A stretch of DNA of 63,360 bases, filler included, from Licmophora abbreviata (taxonomy: Eukaryota), in the NCBI GenBank assembly GCA_900291995.1. It is 4 parts of 4 records of this genome, joined end to end, with 100 filler letters (N's around TTAATTAATTAA, not from the genome) between each part and the next. Parts side by side here need not be neighbours in the genome. Positions count along the whole stretch, not along the records: positions 1 to 15,580 come from OLMU01002426.1; 3 more parts are not named here. One strand, written 5' to 3'. The position numbers and the translations under genes were made by a program. This document shows positions 1 to 11,550 of the stretch, piece after piece. Numbering within the stretch: the first letter of the stretch is position 1; each line of letters begins with the position of its first letter. The notes beneath the pieces are model-generated. The model saw only the letters and a program-made list of their open reading frames with translations. It was not told where the DNA came from and ran no database searches.

Positions 1-86
1 ACAGATCACAGTGCACAGCCCATCATCGCGTCACCGCCGCCCAATAACACAGTGTGTTTTACACTCGTTTGTATCCTGTTCACACC

Positions 87-1160
87 ATGAGAATCGTGAC
101 GAGTCTGCTTGTGCTGCTTCCGTCGGTAGTATCGGCTCTCGTACCAGTGGTTCCAAGGCGGAGCGGCTCCCGAAGCCAAAATAGAAATCAGCGTCCTTTG
201 CCTCGTTCTTCATCGTGCTCGCTGATACTTGCCTCGGTAGCGCCCAACAGCAGCGACGGTGTGTCGTTTACAGCGGATCTCTCCGATGAGGAAACCAAGT
301 TTCTTACCGATCTCTACAATCAGGCGTCGGGGGAAGCTTCGAAACTGGAAGAACTGGTAGCACAGGCTCTGCCATCGATGCACCCACGGCTGATTGTAAA
401 ACTCCGACAAGGATCCGAGATTACTGCAGACGGCCAAGAGATTTCGGACGCATTCCAGAGTGTTGCAGACGCATTTTCTTCCATTATGGACACCCGACTA
501 AAGGGAGGTCGTGAAGTTCTGAAAACGTTAATGGAAGCAGGGGAGTTGCGGAAGCTTGATGCGCTGATTGGCAAGTCGGCACGAGAAGGAACACTCGATA
601 TGGCCTTCTTTACGGTTTTGAAAATGAATCTGCAAGATGCGCAACAGGAGCAGCAAGAAGAAGAAAATGAGAGCGGGGGTGAGGCGAACCGCTTGAGTAT
701 TCTACAGCATATCTATACACGGTGCCAAGAGGAGATCGAAAAGGCGGTCCCTCCGGGAACTGCACTTCTAAATAAGCTGCTTCGAACGGAGGTTGATTCT
801 ATTCGCGCCAATCAGCTCAAGCACTATTTGTGTCCTCAACCCAATGTCATCACAACCCCTGATGGCAAGGAAATCCAGTTGGAAGGCTCACAGCCAGTCT
901 TGGTTCCGCCCTCGCAGCTCATCGAGGCATTGGCGCAGGCCGTCCAGCAGATTCGGACCGTGGAACAGGCAGGTGGGACCGATCGCGCGTCGGCTGCCGC
1001 CATTGTAGAGTCAATGCGACAAGTGGCCATCGAGGCGCGACTGGTAATTGGAGAGCACTATGGAATCAGCAGCAAGGAACTGGAGGAGTTTGAAGGCGCC
1101 TTGATGCCCGTCTTTCGACCGAGCTCTCCCGATAGTCCCTACATTCAAGGAACTAGTTAG
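87..1160 (+). CDS. Probable plastid-targeted protein, At4g37920-like family (uncharacterised)
   Basis: ATG at 87 is followed by a signal peptide (MRIVTSLLVLLPSVVSA-L) and an R/S-rich transit-like region. The core (LDALIGKSAREGTLD..., EKAVPPGTALLNKLL..., SQLIEAL) resembles the plant chloroplast At4g37920 family as I recall it. Confidence 0.6.
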   Translation: MRIVTSLLVLLPSVVSALVPVVPRRSGSRSQNRNQRPLPRSSSCSLILASVAPNSSDGVSFTADLSDEETKFLTDLYNQASGEASKLEELVAQALPSMHPRLIVKLRQGSEITADGQEISDAFQSVADAFSSIMDTRLKGGREVLKTLMEAGELRKLDALIGKSAREGTLDMAFFTVLKMNLQDAQQEQQEEENESGGEANRLSILQHIYTRCQEEIEKAVPPGTALLNKLLRTEVDSIRANQLKHYLCPQPNVITTPDGKEIQLEGSQPVLVPPSQLIEALAQAVQQIRTVEQAGGTDRASAAAIVESMRQVAIEARLVIGEHYGISSKELEEFEGALMPVFRPSSPDSPYIQGTS

Positions 1161-1186
1161 TACGACACAATGGTTCTATTCGTATT

Positions 1187-1978
1187 TCAAGTTCGAAAAA
1201 ATCGATCTCCATAATCCCCAAGGCCTGGGACAATGTACTTTTCTTCATTCAAGCCTTCGTCAATGCAGGACGTCACAATTCTGACCGTCGGGTAGGCTTC
1301 CGCCATGGCTCGCAATCCTTCTGGGCAACAGATGACGTTGCTAAAGACAACTTTCGCAGGGTCCACGTGGTATTGATCAATCAGTACTTCGAGCGCTTTC
1401 TTTGCACTTCCTCCCGTCGCCAGCATGGGATCGCACAGCAGCACGTACATGTCACGAATGTCAGGAGGCAGCTTGCTGTAGAACAGCTTGGGAAGCTTCT
1501 CGGGGTGCGACTCATCTCGTTGAATCAAAATTTTACCCACTTTGAGGGAAGGCACACAATCTCTCGCGACTTCGAGTAATGCATCACCCGATCTGACAAT
1601 ACTGACAGCACAAATTGACGATGGATCCAATGTCTCGACGCCCTGAAAGACCCCGCAGGCTGTTTCAATTGTGACTGGTTTGGTGGGGAATTCGGACAGC
1701 GACTCTTCGACTAGCAATCTCATGAGTCGTTTTGAGTACTGAATGAACGCTTCCGGTGAAGCATTCTTGTCTTTCGTGAGGGGAAGTCAGCGACGAAAAA
1801 TACAGCGTGAGCTTGCTACTCTTTCAAGAGACACACACCAGTCGACAATCACAGTCATCATCTTGGCTGCAGTCCCGCGCGTACCTCGTATCTTGGAAAA
1901 CAAGCCTTTCAACGCTTTCGACGGTACCACCACCACGTTCGGGTGCAACAGAGCCGATCGTTCACTAGCAGCGCTCAT
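1187..1978 (-). CDS. UPRT: Uracil phosphoribosyltransferase; 2 exons (intron 1771-1884)
   Basis: Motifs VSIVRSG, GKILIQRDE, LLCDPMLATGGS and YIVPGLGDYGDRFF. Splicing GTACGC...AAG joins KIR to DKNASPEAFIQYSKRLMR in frame. Confidence 0.95.
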
Positions 1979-2215
1979 GGTGACGATAATGTCTTCTCTT
2001 GCAAGATGTAGGATGACAGCTTGCCATTATCACACCATCAAACTATCCCACATCATCAGTGAAGACGCCGCACACATCTGCCGCGCGCGGCACAAGGATG
2101 CTCGCGCGAGGTCAGGGAACGGAAGGCTACTTACTACGATGATGGAGGAAGGAACCCATCCCCGTCCAAACTACTTCGTAGGCAGCAGCGTCCTAAGTGA
2201 GCGTTGCAGTGTCAC

Positions 2216-3712
2216 CTATACTTCTGGTGATTGACATGGCTGTCTCTCCATCAGTCTACGATCGAACTTTCGCTCGTCCACAATTGGACTCTTTTGAGTG
2301 ATGATGATGCCGTCGTCTTGCCGATTGTCTAAGGCAGGCCACTCATACCCCAACTCTTCAAGGTCCGCTACGAACGCACGAGCCAAGGACAAGTCCATTG
2401 ACCCTAGTATCCCTGTGTCAACCAAGTTTGCAATCAAATCCACATAGGCGTCTTCCAATCTACTAACTGACGGTGCACTCGACCAAGACGACAAGGTTTC
2501 CAAGAGCAGATCCACCTTGTTATACAAGTCGTCTTCCTCTTCAAAATCCTTCTTGTATGAATGAGGATTTCGATACTGCGTCACAATTGGCGAAGAGAAA
2601 CCAATTGTAGCGTTCCTTGTCTCCCACAACAGTCGTGTAGTGATGTAGCTTCTCCAGATATCAGAAGTCCGACCCGTCACTGTTGTAGGGAGCAGGAGGC
2701 CAAAGAATGCAGGACGTTTGATTATCACTGCCTGTGCATTCCATGGAATATACGTTTGCTCTGGTGTAATAAGTATTGAAAGACGCCCCTCGGGTTTGGA
2801 TTTGTCAAAGTGGACCGGCAGCTCGTGCGTCATTCGATAGATTGCATCGACATCGGGGTCGTGGTCCGCTAGCGATTGCACGATGACCAACGAGGAAAGC
2901 TGGGAGTTAGCTTCCGAAACTATCTTCGTTTGGTGAATTTGGGACTGGTTCCATGTCGTCCTGTCTCGTACAAACTGCAATGGAAAACCTCTGGGCCACA
3001 TATGAACAGACTCTTTAATACACGTTTCCTTGTCGTGGACTGTCGGCTCAAAGAAAGGATACGGGTTGAAGACATGATGTTCCATCTCCTCGAGCCTGTA
3101 TACGTTAGCAGAGTCTTTGTTGTCGAGTGCTCCAAGCAGTCGATTTAAATAACCATGCTTAACGTGGTTGTCATCGTCAAACTCATAGATCCATTCGGCC
3201 CCCTGCGATATGGCATAGAGTCCTCCTACGCTCTTTCGAGCAAAATGATTCCATGGTATGTACTCGAGGGCGCGAAACGACAAGGCCTTTTGCTGCTGTC
3301 CAGGAGACAAGTAAACAGCGTTAACATTATTTTGAGTGTGCCATTTCCATTTCTCGTGATCAGTCTTGAGATCTCCCACTACGACGAGGCAAATGTCCGG
3401 ATGCTCCGTCAGGAGGTCGTCTATTGCGGAGTTGACATCAAATATGGTCGTCGTAACAGCCCATATTTTGCTTTGGCAAGAATCAATTGGATCAGTATCT
3501 TCTGGCACTACGTCTTCATAAGGGTACCCGTCGTTTTCTGCTGGAGCCAACATTCGAATGCTGAAGTCCGATGTGCCGGCCCCTGCATTCGCCAGAAGCT
3601 TGAGCTGGCGCGCACCGGCAATGACTGCGACGCCAAAGGAAAGAGCTATCCATCGCTTCCCCAAATGAAAGCCTCTGTGCGGTTCTCTATCATTCTCCTC
3701 TTTGATAATCAT
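2216..3712 (-). CDS. STELLO-like (DUF288, GT75-related) type II membrane glycosyltransferase
   Basis: N-terminal TM segment; motifs WAVTTTI, VVVGDLKT, IPWNHFARKSVGGLYAI, IYEFDDDN, WPRGFPL, DPDVDAIYR and GRTSDIWRSY. Confidence 0.85.
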   Translation of the reverse strand: MIIKEENDREPHRGFHLGKRWIALSFGVAVIAGARQLKLLANAGAGTSDFSIRMLAPAENDGYPYEDVVPEDTDPIDSCQSKIWAVTTTIFDVNSAIDDLLTEHPDICLVVVGDLKTDHEKWKWHTQNNVNAVYLSPGQQQKALSFRALEYIPWNHFARKSVGGLYAISQGAEWIYEFDDDNHVKHGYLNRLLGALDNKDSANVYRLEEMEHHVFNPYPFFEPTVHDKETCIKESVHMWPRGFPLQFVRDRTTWNQSQIHQTKIVSEANSQLSSLVIVQSLADHDPDVDAIYRMTHELPVHFDKSKPEGRLSILITPEQTYIPWNAQAVIIKRPAFFGLLLPTTVTGRTSDIWRSYITTRLLWETRNATIGFSSPIVTQYRNPHSYKKDFEEEDDLYNKVDLLLETLSSWSSAPSVSRLEDAYVDLIANLVDTGILGSMDLSLARAFVADLEELGYEWPALDNRQDDGIIITQKSPIVDERKFDRRLMERQPCQSPEV

Positions 3713-4011
3713 TCTCGTGACTTGAGAATGAGCTCGAGTCGCCGTGTCGCTCGCTTGTGCGGGTCGAGGGTCGAGTGGTCATGACATGGTGACTTACTTG
3801 GAACTTATGAGGCGTCCGAAACTGGGATCGTGCAGGGCGGTCTCGCCGGGCGCGCTCCGGGTGCTACCAATCGAATCGCGCCGGACTCAATTTTGATGCT
3901 ACGAGAAATTCAGTATGTTTTCCACGCAATAGTACTATACTTGTAGAGTATGACAGGATTTCATTCATTTCACAAAATTAGCCGTGCGACGTCTTGCCAG
4001 GTTCATGCACC

Positions 4012-7000
4012 ATGGCGGCGTCCTCCAACGACGACTGCGTCACCGCAGCTCCCATCAACGGGACCTCATTACAAGTACAGTCGCAGTACGATGATACCTC
4101 GTCCTCGGTACAGGTGGCAGTCCGTGTCCGTCCTATGCTTGCATCCGAGGCGGGATCGAGTGAGTGCATTGACGTCTTGGAGCAGAGCAATCCACAGCAT
4201 CATCAGCCAAATCATTCGAATATCGTTCGCATCGGGGGGAGCACCGGACCAAGTTTTGCTTTCGACCAAGTTTTCTCGACACGATCGACGCAGGACGATG
4301 TGTATACGAACCGTGTGGCCCCGCTAGTACAGTCCTGTTTGGACGGATACAATGCGACTGTCGTGGCGTACGGTCAAACAGGTTCTGGTAAGACGTATAC
4401 CATCATGGGGGAAAACCAAGAAACATCCAGTGCAGGAGTGATCCCAAGAGCGCTATGTAGTCTATTTGAGAAACTTCAACAAACGCGACAGGAACGACTT
4501 GGATCCTCCATTGATCCAGCAGCATCTACTAGTAGCAGTGAAGACAGTGACGACTCGACGAATGCTAGTTGTACGGCAGTCTATGGTTATGAAGTCCGGG
4601 TGCAGTTTTTGGAGTTGTACGGGGAAGAAATTCGTGACTTGTTGTCACCGCAGCAGAAAACTAGATTGACGATTCGCGATATCGGTATGGATGAACCCGA
4701 AGTACTTGGGGCGTCCCAACACAAAGTACAGTCAGCAGACGAGGCTCTGTTGTGCTTGTCACGAGGCATGTTGCGACGTGTCACAGGGGCGACGGCCATG
4801 AACGCGTCGAGTTCAAGATCGCACGCTATTCTATCAGTGCAAGTGGAACAGGCAACGACAGTGGAAGAGAATGACAAAAGTATGCAGCCGCGGGTCGAAG
4901 TCAAGCGGAGCAAATTCAATTTTGTCGACTTGGCAGGCTCAGAACGACAGAAGAGGACTCAGGCGGAAGGACAACGACTCAAGGAGGGAATCAACATTAA
5001 TAAGGGCTTGCTAGTACTGGGAAATGTGATTTCGGCTCTGGGTGATCCCAAGAAAATGGGAAAGACCTTTGTGCCCTACCGTGATTCCAAGCTTACGCGA
5101 CTGCTGAAAGGAAGTCTAGGAGGGAACCACAAGACCCTCATGATTGCCTGTGTGTCGCCGTCGTCCAGTAACATGGAGGAGAGTCTAAACTGTTTGCGAT
5201 ACGCGAATCGAGCCAAAAACATCCAGAACAATGCCATTGTCAATGTCGATGCGGGCTCTCGTCTAGTTACCGAGCTGCGATCTCAAATCAAGGCCCTTGC
5301 TACTGAACTACTGTGTGTCCGGGAAGGTCATACATGCGAAGTGCCATTCACGATGCAGACGTTGAATGCACTCGCATCTGGCGGCGAAGCCTCTTTCCTC
5401 AGGAGCGGTGGCACTCAGGGGACGCCATCTCGTTCGCCTGTTGTAATTCGGCAGTCGTCAGACCGCGAACAGGAAGCTCAGGCGAATCGGAATGTGCTTC
5501 AGGACAGGATAAGTTCCCTCGAAAGCGAACAGGCTTCAACCGTCGAGGCGCTTCATGCGACGAAAGCGGAGCGCGAACTGTACCGCCTGCAGCTCGACAT
5601 GGCGCTCGAAGGAGACACGATGAGTGATGGCGACGAGAAAACCGTATTCTTGGAAAGAGCGGCCGCGTATGAGAAGGAAATCGCTTCTCTAAGGGAATCC
5701 CTTCGAATTGTGGACGCACAGGGTGACGCTGGCGCGTCTGTAGGCACGCCACTCCGAGGCCAAGAAAGTTCAGTGTCTGCCATTGACAAAGCCAATCAGG
5801 TCCTAAGCGAGGAAAAGGCTCATCTCCTGAGCCTTCAAAAGGAACTAGCAAGGAGCCCCTCGCGAAAGTTATGGAAAGATCACAAGCAGGAACCATCGCA
5901 AGTTGCTCATGCTGACCAGCTGGATGCAGAAGAGAGGGCAGAGCAGCATGAATTGACTGCGATTACTCGCAAACTAATCTCAACCGACGGCAATCTGCAT
6001 GACGACGACGAGCCTTGCGACTTTCCGGAGAGCGAGCCCGCTGAACTTCAAGATGAAAAGGAGACGGAGGCATCCATGCGTCTTCGGCAACAGATGGAAG
6101 CTCAACTATATGATATATCGAAAAGCATCGAAGCGAAAGAAGAACTCATCGAACAGCTACAGAAAAGTCAAGAGAAATATTCCGTAAGTGCCGGCCGTGC
6201 TGTACTCTGGATCTACCATGTGTGATCAGGGTTGCTCAACCGTGGTATATACGTTTTGCTATACTATTACAGGCCATGCGTGAGTTTTACGAAGAGAAGT
6301 TACACCAGATGGGAGAGCAAGTCAGAGCTCGTGAATTTGAACGAAAGCTGTTGGCCGAAGATTTACAGCGGATGGAGAAATCAAACAGTTGCACGAAAGA
6401 TCTGCAAGCCCGCCTTACAGCGAAAGAGGACCATATCGCCGGACTGCGCAAGAAGCAGCGTGAGCTAGTAAGCTTGACGAAAGTCTCGTCCCGAAACGAG
6501 TCCGAGATTGCCCGGTTGCGCACAGATGTAGTTCACATGAAACAGAAGAAGGTCGAACTACAAAAACTCGTGACTAACGAGCGCAAGCGCCACGCGAGTG
6601 AGATCCAGAGGCTTAAAAAGGCGGCAATTCAATGCGAGCGTGAAACAAACAAATGGAAAAGGGAAGCAAGCAAAAAAGCGAATGAGGCAGAAAAGGCTCA
6701 GAGTGTCGCAAAGTCCCGCTTGCATCAGGTTGGTCAGCTGCGTGTGAAGTATAAAGAGGCCGAGAAGAAACTGCGCATAAAAACTGTCAAGCGAGGCGTC
6801 ATGGAGAAGGCGGGGCTAGATCCGGTCCTTGTCGGTCGAACCAGCCGCCGTACGAAGGGTGTATCTCGCGTCAACTACGACGCTATACGTGACCACTTTG
6901 ACCGGATGGTTACAGAAGTTGGTCGCAAAGAGATCACCGCCGGCAAACTCGCTAGCGAGTGGGAGGAGCATGTCGAGTTGGTTTCGCAGAAGGAGGAACT

Positions 7001-9102
7001 GGAAACCCTCTCGAGGGATTCTCAAACTGAATCTCTGTCGGATGCGGTCGATGCAGTGGATGTGCAAGTGAAATACCATGAGGGTCGAATTCGTCAGCTT
7101 TCCAAGCGTCTCGGAAATTCACAAACCAATCGTCTCACAATAGAATCGGCTGAAACTTCGTTTTTGGATAGTGAGGCTCTTCAAGCCGTCTGTCCAGGTG
7201 AGTAGCACTGTGCTCGCTCGGGGCGTATGTCAATTCGTTGTACTACTGCGCAACTCACAAACTTTCCTGTGGTCGACATTCAGATGAGGCCCCTCCAGCA
7301 GTCGCGAGAGCTGCAACGAAAGTCCTTTTCGGGATGGTCGTTCGGGAGAGGCGTCGGGTTGCTGCCCTTGCAACCGCTGCTTCGTCGCTCGATCAAAGAG
7401 CGCTTGAAGCGGAGAAGAACGCCGTCGCAAAAGACGTGGCATTCCGCTCGTACGTGGAAGAAGAGCGACGTGAACGCGAGGTGATGGCTCAGAGCCAACA
7501 AGAACAGATTCTTTCACTGATGGAGATCGTGAAGGTGGACGAAGAGAATACTGCTCCCTCAAGAGTCGCATCTGAAATCTCCACATCGCTTCCCGGGGCG
7601 GAAAGCATCGGCAACGAATCGACGAGTCAGCCTCAGACCGCACGGTCAGGGGTACTTGTACTCGCGAACGAAAAGATTTCCATTCTCGAGCGCCAACTTG
7701 AGGAACTCAAGGACGAGAGAGACACCAAAGATATGTACAAGAGGAAGGAAGAAGAGGCGCGTGCGTTGTTGCTTGTCAAACAGTCGGAATGTGAACAGAT
7801 CGAACAACAATTGAACAATCTGCGTGCCTCGCTACGCCAGATTCGAGAATTCGCTTCGAGAAGGCATCAGCCCGTACCGTCATCATCCGAAAATAATGCG
7901 CCGAGGGAAGTGGATGGAACAGCAAGAGAGATTTTGTCGATTGCGACAGACGCCCTTCACCCTCGCTCCACTGGGAAACGATCTCGGAAGAGTAAAACAC
8001 GACAACCGTCTGGCTCAGATTTCCGTCAAAGAGTGGACTTATATCTCCTCGTCTGAAGCGGCATGTTGAACTAATGCACAGCAGTGACAGTGACAGCGAA
8101 GAGGACGACGATATACCGGATTGGGCAGGTGATATCATGAAGGATCTCGCGGTAATTGCTAAAGGGGAAGCCCCCATGTCGATTCGCGAGTCACCTGGAA
8201 TGAAAAAGATGCAAGACGTTGCTGAGTTGGATCGCCGAACGGATGGCGGCACTGTATTTGATCGACTGACTCACCCGAATAGCTACACTGGTGTCCAGAA
8301 ACAGCGAACATCACGTCAGCGAAGTGGAGCGTCGATGCTGACTTCGAGCGACGGTTCAGTTTCTGCTCCTGTTTCAAGCTCCCAAACGAGTGGCAAGGGC
8401 CGTAGAGAGGCCATCTCTCGCCTCGTTACCGAAAGTTTGGAGAACGTCGTCGTCCCCGAAGGGAGGGGACTGGCCTCTGACGGTGTGAAAGAACCGACGC
8501 CGAGCGCGTGCTTTGTGTCGCCGACCGAAAGCAAGGAGCAGAGCAGCAGTGACCGATCAGCACAGAGAAGATCTGTCTTTGAACGGCTTCTGAGTCCTTC
8601 CAACTACACTGGAACGCAAAAGGAGCGCCTGCAGCGAACTCGAGCGACGAAACACCGAGATGTGAACCACGACCACCCTGACGAAGTGCTGGATGAAAAT
8701 CTCGCCACCGACTACGAGGCTCAGGATCGGATCTCCCCAATCTCCATGGTGGAAGAGAGGGTCGATGCTGAGGGCTCACCCACTTCAGGTCGTTCCATGA
8801 ACAAAACGGTCGACTATACGCAGCAGGATGTCTTTGAGCGACTTCAGACCACGACAACACAGTCCTACGCGGTGAAGCAGAATGCGCCAGCGGTACGGGC
8901 ACCCACCGAAGCCAGGCAGTCGTCCTCGACGCACAACGAGGATTTGCAGAGTCCTCGGCACAGCAGTGACGCTCCGCCACCGAACGCTACTCCATCTGGG
9001 GAAGTCGCCTCTGACTACACACGGCAGAATGTATTTGAGCGCTTGCAGAAAACTACGACTCAGGCCTATGCCAAGAAGACGAACAAGGTATCCGACGATT
9101 AG
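4012..9102 (+). CDS. Kinesin-4-like (KIF4/KIF21/KIF27 group) motor; introns 6184-6272 and 7198-7283; apparent frameshift near 7994-7997
   Basis: Motor motifs VAVRVRP, YGQTGSGKT, SSRSHA, VDLAGSER, NKGLLVLGNVISAL, VPYRDSKLTRLL. A long coiled coil follows. Both GT-AG introns restore frame, and one extra A in the A4 run joins ORF 7238-8056 to ORF 8074-9102. Confidence 0.9.
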
Positions 9103-9200
9103 TTTGGACGAGACATACCTGTACAATTGTAGAAAGCTACGACTCATGCCTATACCAACAAGACCAACAAGGTGTCCGACGATTACCTTGGATTATAGAA
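9047..9200 (+). repeat. Imperfect 84-nt tandem duplication of the kinesin C-terminal repeat, second copy beyond the stop codon
   Basis: AGAAAACTACGACTCAGGCCTATGCCAAGAAGACGAACAAGGTATCCGACGATTAG is matched by AGAAAGCTACGACTCATGCCTATACCAACAAGACCAACAAGGTGTCCGACGATTAC 84 nt downstream. Confidence 0.85.
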
Positions 9201-9793
9201 GAGTCGGTACCGGTAGAGACTAACACATCTATGGAAGGCGCATTGGGGGTATTGTCACGAAAATTATGCCTCTACAAATGACTGAATGCGGTGGAGCACT
9301 AGTTTATACCACCACCAATATCACTGCGATCAAAAACGTAAACGTTGGATCGCGGTTTTACAAAAGACAAGTACGGTAAAGTTCTCGTGTTTCAGGCGCT
9401 GACGAGTAGATTGACATCGTCGGGTTGAACTGACACTAAGTGTAGAGTGTAGCAAAGCACCCTCTTTCGGGGGGAAGAGGATCTCAACACGACGTCACTT
9501 GGTGCGCTTATTACAAGCCCAATAGAAGGGTGAGATGTAAAATAAGGCTGCCAGAATTGCAGAAGGTGTTCCGACCCGTGGTCACAACCATTGCGAAATC
9601 TCTTCACGAAAAAGTGTCACGAGTGCGGACATCATCGATTCCCCCTCAATGTTCCCACAATTAGCTTCCAATGGACATTCAGAACGCAAGCAAAAGGCCA
9701 CCCACAACTGTAATTGTAGTTCAAGGACACATCTCGTGTGTCGAGTGTTGCGCAATCGCTGTCGACAGTGCATGATCACTAGTTGAAGTGGCG

Positions 9794-9985
9794 GACTGAA
9801 TTCAGTCTGCGCATCTCTTGTGTCGAGGTGCCATTTTGTGATCACCGAAATTACTCGATCATTCGGTTTGGACTTGGTACATTCCTCTCATTGGAATCAT
9901 GATCTAAATGCTGATGGAGTTACTGAGCTGCTCGCCACTGGTGTGAGTGTCCTCTTGAACGAAGAACTCAGACTGAATTCAGTCT
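9794..9985. repeat. Two copies of the 14-bp palindrome GACTGAATTCAGTC (9794-9807 and 9971-9984)
   Basis: Read directly from the sequence. Both copies are followed by T, and the second extends to a perfect 16-bp palindrome (9970-9985). Confidence 0.85.
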
Positions 9986-10307
9986 TTTGGGTAGGAAAAT
10001 ATACGCCAACAAGAATGAGGGCTCGCCACGCGCGTGCTCTGCCATCGACACCAATGTTTTGTTTTTCAATACGAATAAACAGTAATGCTATGATGACGTG
10101 TCGCGTCGCGCGCCGACCGACCGACTTTTAGATTTTGTGCTCCGCGCAACAAGAGAGACGCGGGAGGAGAGAGAAGGAATTCGATCCAGATCGAGTCGAG
10201 TCGTCGATCCCTCTTGCTGTCAGAGAAGTATGACGATCAAAGCTTTTCAATAGACTGCGCCTTTTCCCCTGCTCTCAATCTGCCGTTATATACGTTTAAG
10301 AAGAGAA

Positions 10308-11456
10308 ATGGAGGCCCTAGATCCTCGTTTCGGTGGACGACACGACGACAATGAAGTCGACGGCGACGAGCCCGCAGTCGTAGTCGCAGTGCCTGGGGCG
10401 GAACCGCGCTTGCTGCATGATTTTCAGTGGTATCTGGAAACTCGCGGTCTCCGCTCCGAACAGGATACGGAGCAGCTTTCGGAACTCAACATGAGAGAAG
10501 CGGCAGAGCGAGTTCAGGAAGAGTCCTTGTACCAAGCGTCGGTACATGCTACCATTTTTGGGAATGCTTCCGAGACGACAGACGATGACGGCTATAGTTC
10601 TTGTCAGGAGACTGAGGAGCGACGGAGATTCTTGAATACTATCCGAACAGAAACGATTGACCTGCTTTCATCCACCGACAAGCTTCGCAACGTCCCTCTC
10701 TGTCCACTCGCAGCCTCCTGCGATACAGTCTATACGCTTGCGGCCTCTCGCCACTTGTACAATGCCGCCGCGCAAACGCAGCTGGAACTCTCGTTGGAAT
10801 CCTTTTCACACGCTGCCGTGACAGAGTTTGTCCTCGTCGTACTGTGCAAGAAAGAACTAGACGTCGTTTCTCCGGACAACAATGTCGTCGAGTGCTGCCA
10901 GATTGCTCACTATGTACAGTGCCAGAGAATACTGGATCGTACCGTGGACGTGCTGGTGAACTCGATTGATACTTCCAACTGCATGTCTCTCTGTCAATTG
11001 GCGGACCAACTTGATCTTTCACTCCTCTTTGAACGATCCTTGGCGCACATGATGCAGACGCTGGGTGACATGGAAGAACAGGACGTGTGGGGTGACTTGT
11101 CGGATGAGTTAAAGGGACGCATCGGCATGATCAAAGAGGCCATTCAGTCTTCCATTCATTCCAGAGGCTGTCGATTGTACTTTTCGTCCCTCACCGAGTA
11201 CTTGGCCATCTTTGCTGAAAATGTGCAGTACTATAAGGAGCGACTCGCAGAAGCCAAGGAGCGTCAAGCGGAAGCATCGCACACGGATAGGTCGTTTGTC
11301 GATGCGCAACAAAAGATCGAACATCAAGAGCAGCGCGTGAAGACTCTTGAGGCCGTCATGCGACAACAAAAGGATATGTTTGCTGCCCGTGATGAGACGT
11401 GTCGAATATATGTCACACAACACGACAAACGACAGCGAGTGACTCGGAGGGATTGA
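10308..11456 (+). CDS. BTB/POZ-BACK-like protein with C-terminal coiled coil
   Basis: The pattern VVECCQIAHYVQCQRILDRTVDVLVNSIDTSNCMSLCQLADQLDLSLL matches a BTB C-terminus/BACK start; a heptad-rich tail follows. Confidence 0.65.
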   Translation: MEALDPRFGGRHDDNEVDGDEPAVVVAVPGAEPRLLHDFQWYLETRGLRSEQDTEQLSELNMREAAERVQEESLYQASVHATIFGNASETTDDDGYSSCQETEERRRFLNTIRTETIDLLSSTDKLRNVPLCPLAASCDTVYTLAASRHLYNAAAQTQLELSLESFSHAAVTEFVLVVLCKKELDVVSPDNNVVECCQIAHYVQCQRILDRTVDVLVNSIDTSNCMSLCQLADQLDLSLLFERSLAHMMQTLGDMEEQDVWGDLSDELKGRIGMIKEAIQSSIHSRGCRLYFSSLTEYLAIFAENVQYYKERLAEAKERQAEASHTDRSFVDAQQKIEHQEQRVKTLEAVMRQQKDMFAARDETCRIYVTQHDKRQRVTRRD

Positions 11457-11550
11457 ATACGCCACCAAAGGGTCCTGTATGTACTGTGATACACGAGGCG
11501 ACCAATGAAGTACTCCAGGTTTCGTAGAAAGTCGTAAAGAGGACTATGCG

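Noticed and set aside
8561..8573. ACAGAGAAGAT, matching the U6 snRNA ACAGAGA box
   Set aside because: Lies inside kinesin coding sequence and the flanks do not match U6.
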